Shown in pieces: positions 50,901-63,818 of a stretch of 64,000 bases of DNA. The number at the start of each line of letters is the position of its first letter. The stretch's first letter is position 1. Made by a program: the position numbers and the translations under genes. The notes under the pieces are model-generated. The model searched no databases. It saw only the letters and a list, made by a program, of their open reading frames with translations, and was not told the origin of the DNA. Source of the DNA: Antedon mediterranea (lineage: Eukaryota > Animalia > Echinodermata); assembly GCF_964355755.1 (NCBI RefSeq), contig NC_092675.1, forward strand, positions 2,289,812 through 2,353,811, given 5' to 3'.

Positions 50901-53900
50901 ACTATTTCGATATTAAAATGCTAATTGGAAGTTTTAATTAGTATGAATGTGTGTTAACAGATCCTTCTACTACTGTAGTGTACAGTAATAGTATAATTAG
51001 CTCTGTACTGTAGTGGAACCTTACATTGATTATTTAACATCAACAGAACAAAAATGGTCACAACTATGTACATGTACACATTTTTTTTGGTTAAAGTTCA
51101 CCAATGATTTCTACATGGGTTGCAACCACAAAAGGTTTTTTTTCTTTGTTCTTCACAGTATTTTTAGTACGGTAGTTAGTATTATCCATACAAAACACAC
51201 ATGAAAAATAGTTACTACTCACCCTACCAAAAGAAAAAAAAAATTGTTTTTAATCAATACCAGTATCAAGTATCATTCACACAAAATTTGATTGATTTGA
51301 TGTTAATCATTAATTTAAAAAATCTAAATTCCTCACATTTACAACTTTTCATTTATAATTAAAAAAATGTTAAATGCATTATTCATTGCTGTTGTCCACA
51401 TAACGTTTACTATTACTGTATACCAACCCCTGAAAAGGTGTTTTGGAAAAAACAAAAATATTACTGTACATTACAATTGATGGTATTCTCTAATGATTCA
51501 ATTTGTCAGTCGTTACAATATAGATGATTTTAATTTGGCTCTTGGTGGTTTGTTTGTATGCTAATGAGTTAATATCCAAATTAAATTAAAAACATCTACT
51601 AAGTATACAATGACATTAAAAATGCAAAAACTTCCATCACGACTAAAATCTATTACTGTATTAATTGTATACACAACAAAGAAATAAAATAAAATATGAA
51701 TTTAGTTAAAACATGGAGGTATATATCCATGGTTAAAATAACTGTGGCATTGGAAGATAATTGGGCGCTAATCACTATTGTTAATGTTAGAGCATTTAAG
51801 AAAACAAATCTGTTTTTCAAGTTCCTTTGTTATATTTTTTTCTTTGAAAGGCAAGAAAATTTGTCACAGATGTGACACTGATGGAGTAAATTTAAATTTC
51901 GTCATATTAACCTAGGGGTCCAAGGAAAAGTATTTAGTCATGTTTTGCTAATTAGAATATTTTGCTATAGAACAGTTACCGTACTGACGCGGGTATAAGC
52001 CCATACTCAGGTATAAGTCCACCCCCGACTTTTGACTAATTTTCATGAAAAATTAGGCACTCGGGTATAAGCCCACCCATTAATTCGAAGATCTACAGTG
52101 TGTGTCGTAATACATTATTTGTATTTGGCGACGTCCATACACCGAATACACCTACCTTTGATCATAACCAAGCTAGGCTAATATACGCTAGGCCATATGA
52201 GGCCTAGCGGTCCTGTTTTGTTTACACTCCATCGCGGTCGAAGATCGCTTCACACACGACGCTACAAGTCGCCAAAACGGAAAACCACTATTTGGTATCG
52301 GCTGCCAAGCCATAAACAAGCTTATTAAATTTCTTTGGTACATTTCTATTTAACGAACATTGTATACTTGCTTTTCTGCTTGATAAATTCTTGTTCAATT
52401 GATGTTTAAAATAAGATATTCTACGATAAATTACATGAACTATAAGCTTAATTTTCAGACACTCTACACCTCGTGTATTAGAAGCAACGTCGTACACGTG
52501 AGGGCGCTCGCTCGCATGGTGGAATACACAGTGTACATGTGCTGTTTTTGACGATCTGCATTTTTGGATCCTTGGGTATAAGCCCACACCCCAAACTTGA
52601 CGTGATTTCATGTTCAAGGGGGGTGGGCTTATACCCGCGTCAGTACGGTAATTGATAATTTCAAAATAATATCAAAATCAGAGTTTTTATCCATTAGCCA
52701 GTTTAATTAAGCTACAATTAAAGCATTAAATTTCATTTTAAAATTTTATTTAGCAAAATTGCTAATCAAACTGATTTTTGAGTCGAGAAACATGTAGTAT
52801 TGTATTTTTTTGCTACACAATTTTCAAAATGTGTAGCATAAGGAAGGTTGTTTTGTATAGCGTTTTGCTATGCTAAACTGGCAAAATTATTCCCTGCTAA
52901 AAATCAGTAACAAATGTGTGTTTACAATGTACAGTGTGTTGCAACCATTGTAGTAAGAATAATAATACAGTAATCAGTACAGGGATTTGATGAAATAATA
53001 TTTTGTTCAGTAACTCAACTGTCACGCTGAATGTTATTATTATACATATTAATACACAATTCAGTAGATACAGATAGATTTGTTCTGACAAAAAATAAGA
53101 ACGACTAAAAATAAAACTAATAATTGACTAAATGTATGGATATTTTGTCAGCTGAGTTTTGAGTTTCAGTCAAACTTCTGTACTGTACTATTACATTAAT
53201 TTATAATTTTAATTCACGCAAATTATTACTATTTGCATTAGGAGCCAAAAATGAAAGTAGCAACATACTACACAATCTATCCAGTAAATTACAAAAAAAA
53301 TAATTCATTATAATTTCAACATGATGTAGAAAAAAAACATATTCCAATTGTCTATATAGAGGGCTCACTCTACGTGACCTTGAAAAGACTAATTTAATAT
53401 CACTTTTTGATGACACAAAAAAGGGATTAAAAACGTAATGTTTTAACTTAAATTGGTTTCAAATACGATTCATTTTGTCGTAGACCAGAAGATTCTATCA
53501 CAAATCAATAAAACATATACAGATAGTTCTACTGTAGCAGCACATACAATTGTTTGCTCAAATGTTGCCATGAATGTATTGTTTGCTGGTAATACAGTGT
53601 TTATGAATCTTCAATAAGGAAATCTCATAACATTTACTTAACACCTTTTATTATTGTGTCTAGTCTTTGTAATTCAGTCAAGCGTGCTGTAAGTTTACAA
53701 AACAATCACCCACAAACCCCTCATCTGCACCAGGAAAATGATCATTACACTAGTTCTAATACAGTAGTTAAAAATATACAAAACTTGTACCAATATACCA
53801 ATAAAAAATATCAGATATAATAATTATAAAATAGTGTTAAATCATTTACTTTTATCTATGTCCTTCCATAATTGGATAATTGGGCCGATAATAATACCAC

Positions 53901-54410
53901 GGCACTTTCCTGAAGTCTATTTTAATACCAATTTTACCAACTAGAAAGGTATGACACCATTAATGTTACTATAGATCTCTACACGAATATGAAACTTGCG
54001 CATGACGTTCCTGGGTTGAAACATCTCCTACACAGTATAGAAAAGGCTTAAATACCTTTCTAACATAATTAGGGTGCACTACTCCATGATTCAAAATGGC
54101 GCCATCCTATTCCATTCTTATTTATTCTATGCCTTTCTAAATGTTACACATTGATGAACAGTTTCTTATGTCATATGTTATTTGTTTCCACAAATAAAAA
54201 CTGGACCACTATTGTTAATAGTTGACCGCATCTATACTTACCTAATCGCAATTCTCCAAAATTTCCACATCCAATTTTCTTGCCAACTCTAAAATTTGGA
54301 CCAACCATGAGAACACTAGAGGTACCCGAGGTTCTGCTTCCTCCGGGTGGATGCCCGGGACGTGAACGCCCTTGCTTCCTCTTGTCTTCTTGACGGTTAT
54401 TACTCTGCAT
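41984..54410 (-). CDS. CSNK1G: Casein kinase I gamma (gilgamesh ortholog), 11 coding exons, ~425 aa (433 aa if the ATG at 54434 is used)
   Basis: Exons on the minus strand: 54410-54242, 49544-49504, 48391-48322, 47364-47216, 46843-46609, 45880-45795, 45463-45379, 45064-44916, 44546-44481, 43025-42853, 42038-41984; phase-consistent. Motifs: [62 protein letters not shown], and the C-terminal palmitoylation motif TKCCCFFKR. Confidence 0.97.
42218..42610 (+). mobile_element. ~360-bp tRNA-containing element flanked by 33-bp direct repeats, in a TA run
   Basis: TAATGTTCATTGCCTAATGTGTTTATATATATA occurs at 42218 and 42578. The interior is CpG-rich and contains a tRNA-like cloverleaf. Confidence 0.7.
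42430..42501 (+). tRNA. tRNA-like sequence/pseudogene, anticodon ATC (Asp-like), probably not a functional tRNA
   Basis: All four stems pair (GCCCCAG/TTGGGGC, GTCT/GGAC, TCTGC/GCAGG, CCGAG/CTCGG). It has an A box TGGTCTAATGG, a degenerate B box GTTTGAGTC, and TTTTT just downstream. The A32 position and the T-loop TTT are atypical. Confidence 0.55.
43273..43780. mobile_element. 508-bp MITE with ~55-bp TIRs and TA flanks
   Basis: TTAGGGAGTTTTCGCAATCTTACGAATACGATAACGAAAACGGATACGTCAC is mirrored at 43728-43780, with TA on both sides. Confidence 0.85.
44651..44720 (+). mobile_element. Degenerate tRNA-derived SINE head
   Basis: B box GGTTCGAGTCC with tRNA-like upstream spacing but no full cloverleaf. 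Confidence 0.45.
45178..45296. repeat. 15-bp minisatellite, 8 copies of TGACCTGGCAAGGC(C/A)
   Basis: GACCTGGCA occurs every 15 bp from 45180 to 45285, inside CSNK1G intron 45378-45065. Confidence 0.95.
48073..48287. mobile_element. Small MITE, possibly Harbinger-like
   Basis: TAAGGCCAACTCAGACA / TGTCTAAGTTGGCCTTTA inverted ends, with further internal symmetry. Confidence 0.6.
49267..49420. mobile_element. MITE-like repeat (AAAGCTCTGTCT family)
   Basis: GGCTCCGTCTACACTATCAAACTTTATGTGAC ... TAGTGTAGACAGAG, the same family as 24514 and 35511. Confidence 0.8.
51979..52648. mobile_element. 670-bp non-autonomous Tc1/mariner (pogo-like) element
   Basis: TIR CCGTACTGACGCGGGTATAAGCCCA / TGGGCTTATACCCGCGTCAGTACGG with a TA TSD and repeated GGTATAAGCCCAC subterminal motifs. 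Confidence 0.88.
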
Positions 54411-55574
54411 TTTGAAATTATGTCCACCGTTCATCAAAATATATCAATCTCACAATTGAGTCAGACCCTACAAGTTCTGGTATAAATATGAGTTCAGTTT
54501 TCTACATCATTATTTCCAATACCCGCCAAGGAACTAACACTTTTGAATGAAAAACATGTCATCAAATATATTATCAAATCGTTTCCTTATAAAAATAACC
54601 TCGCTTGCATCATCTGGAAAAAAAAAAAAAAATCGTATCAATTAGAAATTTATATAGATTTATGTACCGTATGATCGAACTTGTATATTCCAAGAAATTT
54701 GGCGAATATGGGATTATACTCGGAGTAATATTAATATTGGATAGCAAAGCCTTGTGTCTGAAGTTAGGCTAAATTATGAGGTGGGACTACACACGAGCAT
54801 GGCATATTATTTACATAATAATTAATATGGTGTACAAATAGAAATATTTAAATTTTATAACATTTAATATAAGCACTTTTATTATATTCTGTTTAATGTT
54901 GTGTGTTTTTTGGTGTTTGAACAGTTAATCGAAAATATATTGTTTAATTCATGATTGACTTTGTTCTCTAGGTACAGCAGTATCAAGCATTGTAAATCAT
55001 TTAATTATGTAATTCTAATTTATTGATGATGACAAGTTGAAAGTTGAAATACTACATTAAAAATTATGACAGACATTGGACAATAATGATGTCAACATTA
55101 CTATTGTTGTTATCACTATACTGATTGTATTAAAAATGATAATAGAGATTGGATAAAGATAACAACATTACTATAGTTTACCAGATATACTGCATTGTCC
55201 AACAGATGGAGAATAAAATCAACTTACCAGCTGCAATGTATTCAAGTGAATGATGTTGTAATTGTTAGTTTAATGATCATGTCCGATGATTTTAATAAAA
55301 GAACTGAATATAGATTCTATGAATTTGAAGATAAGAGGAATGTTTTCCCTTGCGACTCAGTTATGTGGTGGCAACAGACTGGAGATTAATAATGGTGTCC
55401 CAGACTAGTTGGAATAAAGGTGAAGTGTGATCAAAGCAATTGGGGAAAAAAACAGTTGAATCTAATAATATAAATTGAACATGCAATTATGCCATGCTTT
55501 AATATATCCATGATTCAATCAGATACAGTACAGTTGCATTTAAAAGTTGTTCCTGTACATAATATAGTAGTTTA

Positions 55575-58160
55575 TATGGAAAGCCAAACCCGCCAAAAAT
55601 ACATAATACATACCATCCACCAATAATTAATTCGTACAAAATTCAAACCATCCAATATTATCTCATGCAGTTCAATGAAAACTTAAACCATTCACCTAGT
55701 ATCTACACCATCCAATACAATGTGTGACCATCTACCACTAGCCCAAACGACAATACGCCGAACAAACTACCCATAACACAAACCATCTAAAGAATGTTGA
55801 GCCCAGGCAGCAATAATTGAATTAATCTAACGTTAATACAAGTATATATTAGCCAACTCATTTATCAACATTTCATGTAGTTCATGAACATTTCAAACAA
55901 AGCATCTTAATTTTAGTTCATCGAATTATAATTCTAATTCATTGCCTGTTTTATACACCGTTCGTCTGTTCAACAGTTGAAACAACTGTTTTGCACACGA
56001 TACGCCCGTTCGTGAGTTCAAACCATGATATTTGAAGCATCGACTTTCCAAACAGCGATTTTTCGCACCGAACGTATTTTCTTGAGTTAAAGTGGTTGCA
56101 TTTCAATCACTTGCTTTTGATTGGCCAGTATTACACACCGTTCGCTTGTTCGTGATTTCAAACCATGATATTTGAAGCATCGACTTTCCAAATGGCGATT
56201 TTTCGCACCGAACGTATTTTCTTGAGTTAAAGTGGTTGCATTTCAATCACCTACTTTCGATTGGCCAGTATTACACACCATTCGCTTGTTCGTGATTTCA
56301 TGTGATAACATTTCATTCGACAATTTTTCAAACGTTAGTTTTTGACTCCGCTTACGTATATGTCAGTTGATATACTATTTTTTAATTTTCATACTTTCCA
56401 TAGTCAGTTTTGTACATCATTCGCATTTACGCATGTAAAGTGTATTTATTCCACTCGACAAGTTTTAAAACGGTAGTTTTTTTTTTATTGTTTAATTGTA
56501 ACTGTTGGCGCCGATTTTATATTGGGGGGGAGGGGGAGGTGTTCGGTACTGAATTTGAACAGTACACATTTTTAAATATGGTACCTCTACACGTTGGGTT
56601 ATTTAATGCATGATGAATAACAAAATAATTATGATTTAATAACAATACACATGTTTTTATTTAATCCATGATAAATATTCGTAAAATATGTTTATTCGGA
56701 TATTTATTAATTACGTCTCCACTATAGTCTATAAAACATAATGAATGTCATTATTTCAAAAAAATAGGCCTACCCCGTAAACAAATGGAAGCTTCTCAAC
56801 AACAGTTAATTTATGCATCATAGAGAGCACAGAGCAGAAAATGGCTCTAGACCGGCCTCATCTAGCAGCCGCCGCACACGCCCGCCGCGTAGGGAGGGGA
56901 GAGAGAAGCACGACACCAGCTCTCTCTCTCCTCTGTCTCTCCCCCACAGGCGGGCGAGGTGGGTGTTACACCCCGGGCCTAGTTGTGGGGCGTAAAATTG
57001 TAACAGGCCCACAAGCTAAATTATATTATTTCATTCTGTTTTTTTTCCATTATTTAAGTTTGTGATAATGTGTGTAACCAGGGAGATGTAAAATAAATTT
57101 ATAAATTAGTTTACATCTCCCTGACCTGTGTGTGTAACGTAGGCCTAGGCCTAAGTAAGTGTCATACAGTCGTAAAGTTGACATTCATCCCCCGCCCCTC
57201 AATATTAAATCGGCGCCAACAGTTACAATTTAACAATAAAACAATAAATGTGCGAAAAACTACCGTTTAAAACTTGTCGAGTGGAATATCTACACTTTAC
57301 ATGCGTAAATGCGAATGATGTACAAAACTGACTATGGAAAGTATGAAAATTAAAAAATAGTATATCAACTGACATATACGTAAGCAGAGTCAAAAACTAA
57401 CGTTTGAAAAATTGTCGAATGAAATGTTATCACATGAAATCACGAACAAGCGAACGGTGTGTAATACTGGCCAATCGAAAGTAGGTGATTGAAATGCAAC
57501 CACTTTAACTCAAGAAAATACGTTCGGTGCGAAAAATCGCCATTTGGAAAGTCGATGCTTCAAATATCATGGTTTGAAATCACGAACAAGCGAACGGTGT
57601 GTAATACTGGCCAATCAAAAGCAAGTGATTGAAATGCAACCACTTTAACTCAAGAAAATACGTTCGGTGCGAAAAATCGCTGTTTGGAAAGTCGATGCTT
57701 CAAATATCATGGTTTGAACTCACGAACGGGCGTATCGTGTGCAAAACAGTTGTTTCAACTGTTGAACAGACGAACGGTGTATAAAACAGGCAATGAATTA
57801 GAATTATAATTCGATGAACTAAAATTAAGATGCTTTGTTTGAAATGTTCATGAACTACATGAAATGTTGATAAATGAGTTGGCTAATATATACTTGTATT
57901 AACGTTAGATTAATTCAATTATTGCTGCCTGGGCTCAACATTCTTTAGATGGTTTGTGTTATGGGTAGTTTGTTCGGCGTATTGTCGTTTGGGCTAGTGG
58001 TAGATGGTCACACATTGTATTGGATGGTGTAGATACTAGGTGAATGGTTTAAGTTTTCATTGAACTGCATGAGATAATATTGGATGGTTTGAATTTTGTA
58101 CGAATTAATTATTGGTGGATGGTATGTATTATGTATTTTTGACGGGTTTGGCTTTCCATA
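55575..58160. mobile_element. 2.6-kb foldback DNA element with ~960-bp near-perfect inverted arms and a 6-bp TSD (IS3EU-like termini)
   Basis: TATGGAAAGCCAAACCCG.. / ..CGGGTTTGGCTTTCCATA, with AGTTTA on both sides (55569-55574 and 58161-58166). The arms span ~55575-56540 and ~57185-58160 and each contains 140-bp tandem subrepeats. Confidence 0.9.
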
Positions 58161-58940
58161 AGTTTAGGAATAAACATTAAGCACTACGCCATAATGACCC
58201 TTGCTTGCTTGCAGTTGTCTGGAAGTTGCCTAATTGTCAACATGAACATTACGGCCAACTAGTTGAGTTAAGTCAACATAAGTGTGGCTTTTTGTCCCAA
58301 TCATGTGTTGTAGTCACATTATTACTGTAGCTGGGCCTTGTATTGCTTAGTCACTGCGTATATAGTAGGACTATTTGTGATCAATTGTGACTTACTAACT
58401 GTACACTGTAGCAGAAAGCACAGATTACTGTACATTGTAAGAACTAGCATATAAAATGTTCACCCAAACATCATCCTTGGGAATAATTGTTAGTGTACCT
58501 GTACTGTAGTAAGGGCTTGTCTTTTAGATAAAAGCCCACTTTTCAAAATTGATTTCATTTCTTTTAATCAAAGAGACAAATACCAGAGTCAGACAGCGTT
58601 GAAAATACAATTTGTTTGTTTTAATGTTATTTGCGTGTACAGTAGAAACAAATAGTTTCCTTAATAGTCCTTTTGATGATTAATCCTGGTAAAACCTAAT
58701 GTCAGCAAACATCGACGCGATAATTTTAATCAAAAAGCAGAGGATCCTGAATGTCATACTACAATAATCAACAACATGTTTCTCCGGCTTAATATCTTAC
58801 ACACATATCCCCTAAGATAACTTACTTAGTTCTGAAAAAATGTGAATTTGTTTAAATGTTGCCATAAAAACTGGGTAAAATGTTCGTACAAAAATCTTGT
58901 CCCAGCTTGCCTGGGATAGCTGTTGTCAACAAGCTACTTT

Positions 58941-59692
58941 CAATAGACACGTGTCGCGCTCGCGAGATCACCGTCAGTTTGACCTTTTAGTGGGTATACA
59001 ATGGTAAACAAACACAGCGAGAGGTATGTTAAAGCATTGGGAGAACTGAGAGATGATCATCTTAAAAAGCAATCGTCAAAACTAGCCTTTGATGGAATGG
59101 CATGGTAAGGAAGTTATTTATTTTCTAAACTTATGTTTTATATTCACTGTAGAATTATTTGGGCATTTGGTTCGGAATCATCGACTTTATTTAATAATTT
59201 ATGTATTGTCATTTTTGGTTTGACACATATATATTACGGTGCATTTAATACATGTTAACTGTTGATTTTATTTACAAATGTTGCGTAAATATATTAATTA
59301 TTATCTTTCATTCTTCTTCATGCTCCTATTGCATCTTCCATGTATTATGTGATGTTCTTCGGCGCTTAAACAGACACCCAAGCCTCCTAGGCCTAGTAGT
59401 AGACGAAGTACCGCATCAGGCAACGCCACCGGGCCACTATCCTTCGGAGCCGACGCAAACCACTCAGCAAGTGTTTGAAAATTAAAAACAGGAATATTAT
59501 TCAGTGATTTTGTGTAGTTAAATTCACGATTTATCCAACATATACAACATTTATGATGCACCTTGCAACAAAAGCACTCGGCAGTCGCCATTTCGCTATA
59601 CTTCAACACGCACTAGGCGAGAGGTGTTCGGTTTGTTTACAAATCTATACCCACTATTTCTGATTGGTCGCGAGCGCGAAACGTGTCTATTG
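58941..59692. mobile_element. ~750-bp element bounded by inverted repeats (family unassigned)
   Basis: CAATAGACACGTGTCGCGCTCGCGA / TCGCGAGCGCGAAACGTGTCTATTG, plus a second inverted pair AGTGGGTATA..GTAAACAAAC / GTTTGTTTAC..TATACCCACT. Confidence 0.7.
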
Positions 59693-61159
59693 TTTTGTTT
59701 TCAACCTTCTGACTTCTATTCAAAATAAGATGGTAAAACCTACATGATGGAAATACCAAATGACTGTTCTTTTTGCGCGTGTCTTAAAATAGCATGATGA
59801 CAATATTTCACATAAATTTGTGGGTAACAAATACAGTGTAAGTCTGCTAAGTTCTAATAACTACAACAGTAGTAATGACTATAATTTTTATGTGTTGAAA
59901 TTTTAAATGTAAATATGTATATGTTTGTATGATGTAGTATGTTTATGTTAAGCGGATAGCCCTTGATGGCATTTGCAGCAATAAAGAAATTGTATTGAAT
60001 TGAATTGGTTACATAAAAATTAAAGAAAATTCACTACTGTATGTCCCATTTCAAGTAGGCCTAGTAATTACAGTATAACACATATTAACGCCATCTTGTT
60101 CCACTGGTTAGGCTTTTTGTCGTCATGGGGATGGGGAGGGGTGTAGTACTGCGGTTATTAATAAGCCTTCAATTCAATTTCTTTTTTTGATATATTTTTT
60201 AGACTTTTTAAATTGAGTTCAATTGTATAATTATTTATCGAGTGTAGTGTGGATCTTTTTAAAAAGATTTAAGGGATTTTAGAATTAGAATTTAGAAAAA
60301 GATGGGAGGTCATTTGATTCTCTCGATTTCTATCCAGCCTAAAACCTAGACGTGGAAAATAGACCAAAATCTCTGTGTCTATGATTAAGAAAAATGGCCG
60401 GTAAATATTGAGATTGTTTACATTTACAATAGTGAGGACCAAATCACATAGCATCTGACGTCTGTTCTTCTCTAACGGCAAGTGGGTAAACAACTGTAAG
60501 TTCTCTTCAATAACATTAATATTATGTTCGATGAAAGATAAAACGACTGTTGTTAATAATAAAAACTATTTTTGTTCCCATATCAAATTTAAACAAAGCC
60601 TGAGAAATGTGAATATAGGCTACAGCAAAACATATATTATTTCAGATTTAATAATGAACTAGGGCTAGACATACTAGTTTATTGTTCCCCTATATATTAT
60701 TCGACAGGACTTAATCAGTTATAGGAAGTCAGGCTGGCCTCCTAGGCCTGAGATTAAAACCTAGCTGGTGGTGATTTCATTGTTAAGTTTTTTAAAACAA
60801 TAGTCAAATACGGATCAAATACCTAGTTAGGCCTACTGATTGACCGTTAATTCAAATACAATTAAAACAGCTAATTATGACCTTAAAAGAAGGATTTCTA
60901 ATGTAAATCGTTGCAACATGATGGTCATTACTTTTATTTGTTTGGCCTAAAAGAAAACAAAAAATATGCTTGCCAGGCAGATTCAACAGAGATTTATACT
61001 CCTTGGAAAAAATCATTTTGTGCTGTATGCTATACAGAAATTAGCAAATTATTCTATATTAACGAAATCCTTATTCTAAAACAGAAATCATTCATTATAT
61101 TAGTGTTAAATATAACTAATTTGTGACAATAAACAAAGGTAATTTACATTGCAGACCTA

Positions 61160-61627
61160 CCCCATATGAAATACAAAGCGGCTTCTTTTTGAGTCAGACA
61201 GGGCGAGATGAGGTCACTGAGACCGCATTCAATCTCTCTCCTCCCCAGCAAACTACGCATGTCAATATGGACTTCCTGTTGCCAAGGGGTTTATGAAGTA
61301 AACAACGACTATTACCTTAATAAAGTTTATTCTGTTTATCTTAATAAATTACACACACTCTTAATTTTTAAACCTAGACTAAATGATAAGAAATTTTGAA
61401 TCTGAAATGTTAAAAACTTACTAAAATTTGTACCAAACGTTCTCTTTCTACAATTTCGATAGTCAGCAGATATGACGTAGCTTCCGCCTTATTTTGAACT
61501 ACGCTTGCGCACCGCCAAAGGTCAAATTTAAGGCGGACATTTTCAAATTAGAAAGTAAATACTGAATCGCATTCTTGAGAGTAAAACAATTTTTGTTGAT
61601 GGTATTTTTTCAATATTTTAAAATAAA
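61160..61627. promoter_or_regulatory. Probable bidirectional CSNK1G/CEP120 promoter, with a likely non-coding first exon of CSNK1G
   Basis: CpG-containing region upstream of the CEP120 ATG, a minus-strand donor-like G|GTAGGT near 61160, and ETS-like ACTTCCTG and CRE-like TGACGT motifs. Confidence 0.45.
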
Positions 61628-63519
61628 ATGACAGTTAATGGACGGTTTTTGGTTGTGGTTTCAGTTTTAGAAGGTAAGTTAAGTTACCAGTAAAATAACG
61701 GTGGTTCTAGACTAGGCCTAGAGACTAGCTAGGCCACCACCACCAGCAGGTCATAAAAGTTTGATCGATTTTAGGTGCCTCACACGCCTTCTTTAGTCTG
61801 GCCTAGACCTACTAAACAAGGCCGAACGGACTCGCTCTAGCCTACCAGGCGATACCGGGCCCCTACCTGCTGATACCGTGCGTAGATTAATATGACTGCT
61901 ATGCTATGAATAACACATCCTAATACTAACCTAATAGGCCTACTACTACTAGGCCTAGGCCTACTAATTTTTTACATTTTATTAATAATATTATTATTTT
62001 TATTACAATTAGGCCTACATCCTAAAGTAGTTAATCCATGTACAATGTAGCACACCTATGCATATGTATAATTCGAGACGCATAATAATTAGGGTATTCA
62101 TAAACTAATGCAAGGAGATTTCCATGAACAAGGACGTGCCTATAATTCTTTTTCAAAATACAAAAACAGCAAATTTCCTCAAGCAAAAAAAAAAAATCAA
62201 GGAAAATCTCAAGCTCTAGGAAACAAGAGGCATGCACAGTTTACACAGCAAAACGCCAAAAACATAATTTTATATCACTTTAAATGTTTCTAGTAGTAGG
62301 CTGACCGTAGGTCCAGGCCTACTGAGTTTTTAATTTTTTATATGATCACATTAGCCTATCTACAATGTATTCTTTAGGTCGGCATTTTCCAAAGAGAAGC
62401 CAGCATCAACTTCTCATTGAAACTAAATTTGATGGTGAAAATCTTGGTACAGACCCCGTCCAACATTCCACATCTCCAGTGTTTAACACCGAGCTGGCAT
62501 GGGAGCTCAACAAGAAAGCGCTCCACCAGCACAGACTTCAAAGAACACCACTGAAACTGCAATGTTACGCTGTTAATGTCGCCATGAAAACAAGAGAGAT
62601 GATTGGCTATATCATGTTGGATTTGAGGATGGCTAGTCAACCTGTGGACTCTCCTGCTAAATGTCCAGTGGTATGTTGACGGTTGTGGTGATTTCTCTTT
62701 TAGTTGCTGCACAAATATAACATATTTGAATTGTATCTCTATCAGAAAGAAATAATTAAATTAAATTGTCATAAAATTTCTATTTTATAGACTTGTGTTT
62801 TTAGCACATTATAATTATTTTAATTTAATTGTTATTGTTACATGTTTATGTCTCGTCATGTTGTATTTTTGTGAAGGTATATATGATTAGCTTTGGCTGG
62901 ATGGACCACCCTTTTGTTGAAATAAAAAAAAACCATATATATTTAAACAAAATTTATCTGTCTCAAATTTAAAGTAATCATAGCCTAATGGGATGACAAT
63001 TTTTAATAACTGAATTTTATAGCCAAATTATTACCTGTGTTGTTTGGTGGTCCAGTCTTACAGTCTTAATAAGTGACCATTAACAATAATTGTACTTGTT
63101 TGTTTTTGATATTCTAGCCTAGCAAATGGTATCCTCTTCTGAGTTGCAAGTATCAACAGATGAAGCCTGCGATTAAAGTAGCTATATCATTAGAAGTGGA
63201 CAATAAGCACACAGACAGTAGTTCAAAAGTAGTTCCTCAGAAAGTAGAAGGTATGGCCATCTTTTAACAATGTTTTACTGTATGTATTCTGCCTTTTCTG
63301 TCTTATGTATAAGTATAAATATGTCATTGTTTTTTAAAATATATTATTCTATATATTCATGTATATGATCTATATTTAGAAAAATCACATTTTGAATCGC
63401 AGTCAAAGCTAGCCAGCCTAAATGAAACAGAGGGAATCTTCCAAATAGGTCCTGTTGAATCCTGTCAAGAGCTCTTCCATTTGTCTGTAACAGTTGCATT
63501 TGCTACCAATTTAGCTCAG
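61628..63519 (+). CDS. CEP120: Centrosomal protein of 120 kDa, first four coding exons (gene continues beyond the window)
   Basis: Exons 61628-61673, 62378-62670, 63118-63250 and 63380-63519 are phase-consistent. [65 protein letters not shown] is the CEP120 C2A domain; [17 protein letters not shown] starts C2B. Confidence 0.93.
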
Positions 63520-63818
63520 GTAAGTTTGTTGGTCTATATCGTGCCTACTTACCAGGATAAACCAACATAAACCTTTTCCCTTCCGAAGAGAGAACATAAC
63601 TCGAAAAGAATTGATAACACTGTAATGCCCCTCCAAGGCAGTGTTATAGTCCGGAGCCCATGCATGCCTCACCATTTCTTTTCAAGACATTGGAACGTTA
63701 ACACGTTCTGATGCGAGAGAATATATTGTTTACTGCTATTGATTAACTGAGCTATTGGTATACGAATGCCATTTGATCACGATAAATGCTTAAATGTACA
63801 TAATATGGTCATTTTGTA

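Noticed and set aside
55950-56300. Regularly spaced repeats as a possible CRISPR array
   Set aside because: They are 140-bp tandem units with no unique spacers, lying inside transposon arms in eukaryotic DNA with no cas genes.
56813-57065. Arg/Pro-rich ORFs in the foldback spacer as a possible transposase
   Set aside because: Short, low-complexity GC-rich sequence with no DDE or HTH motifs.
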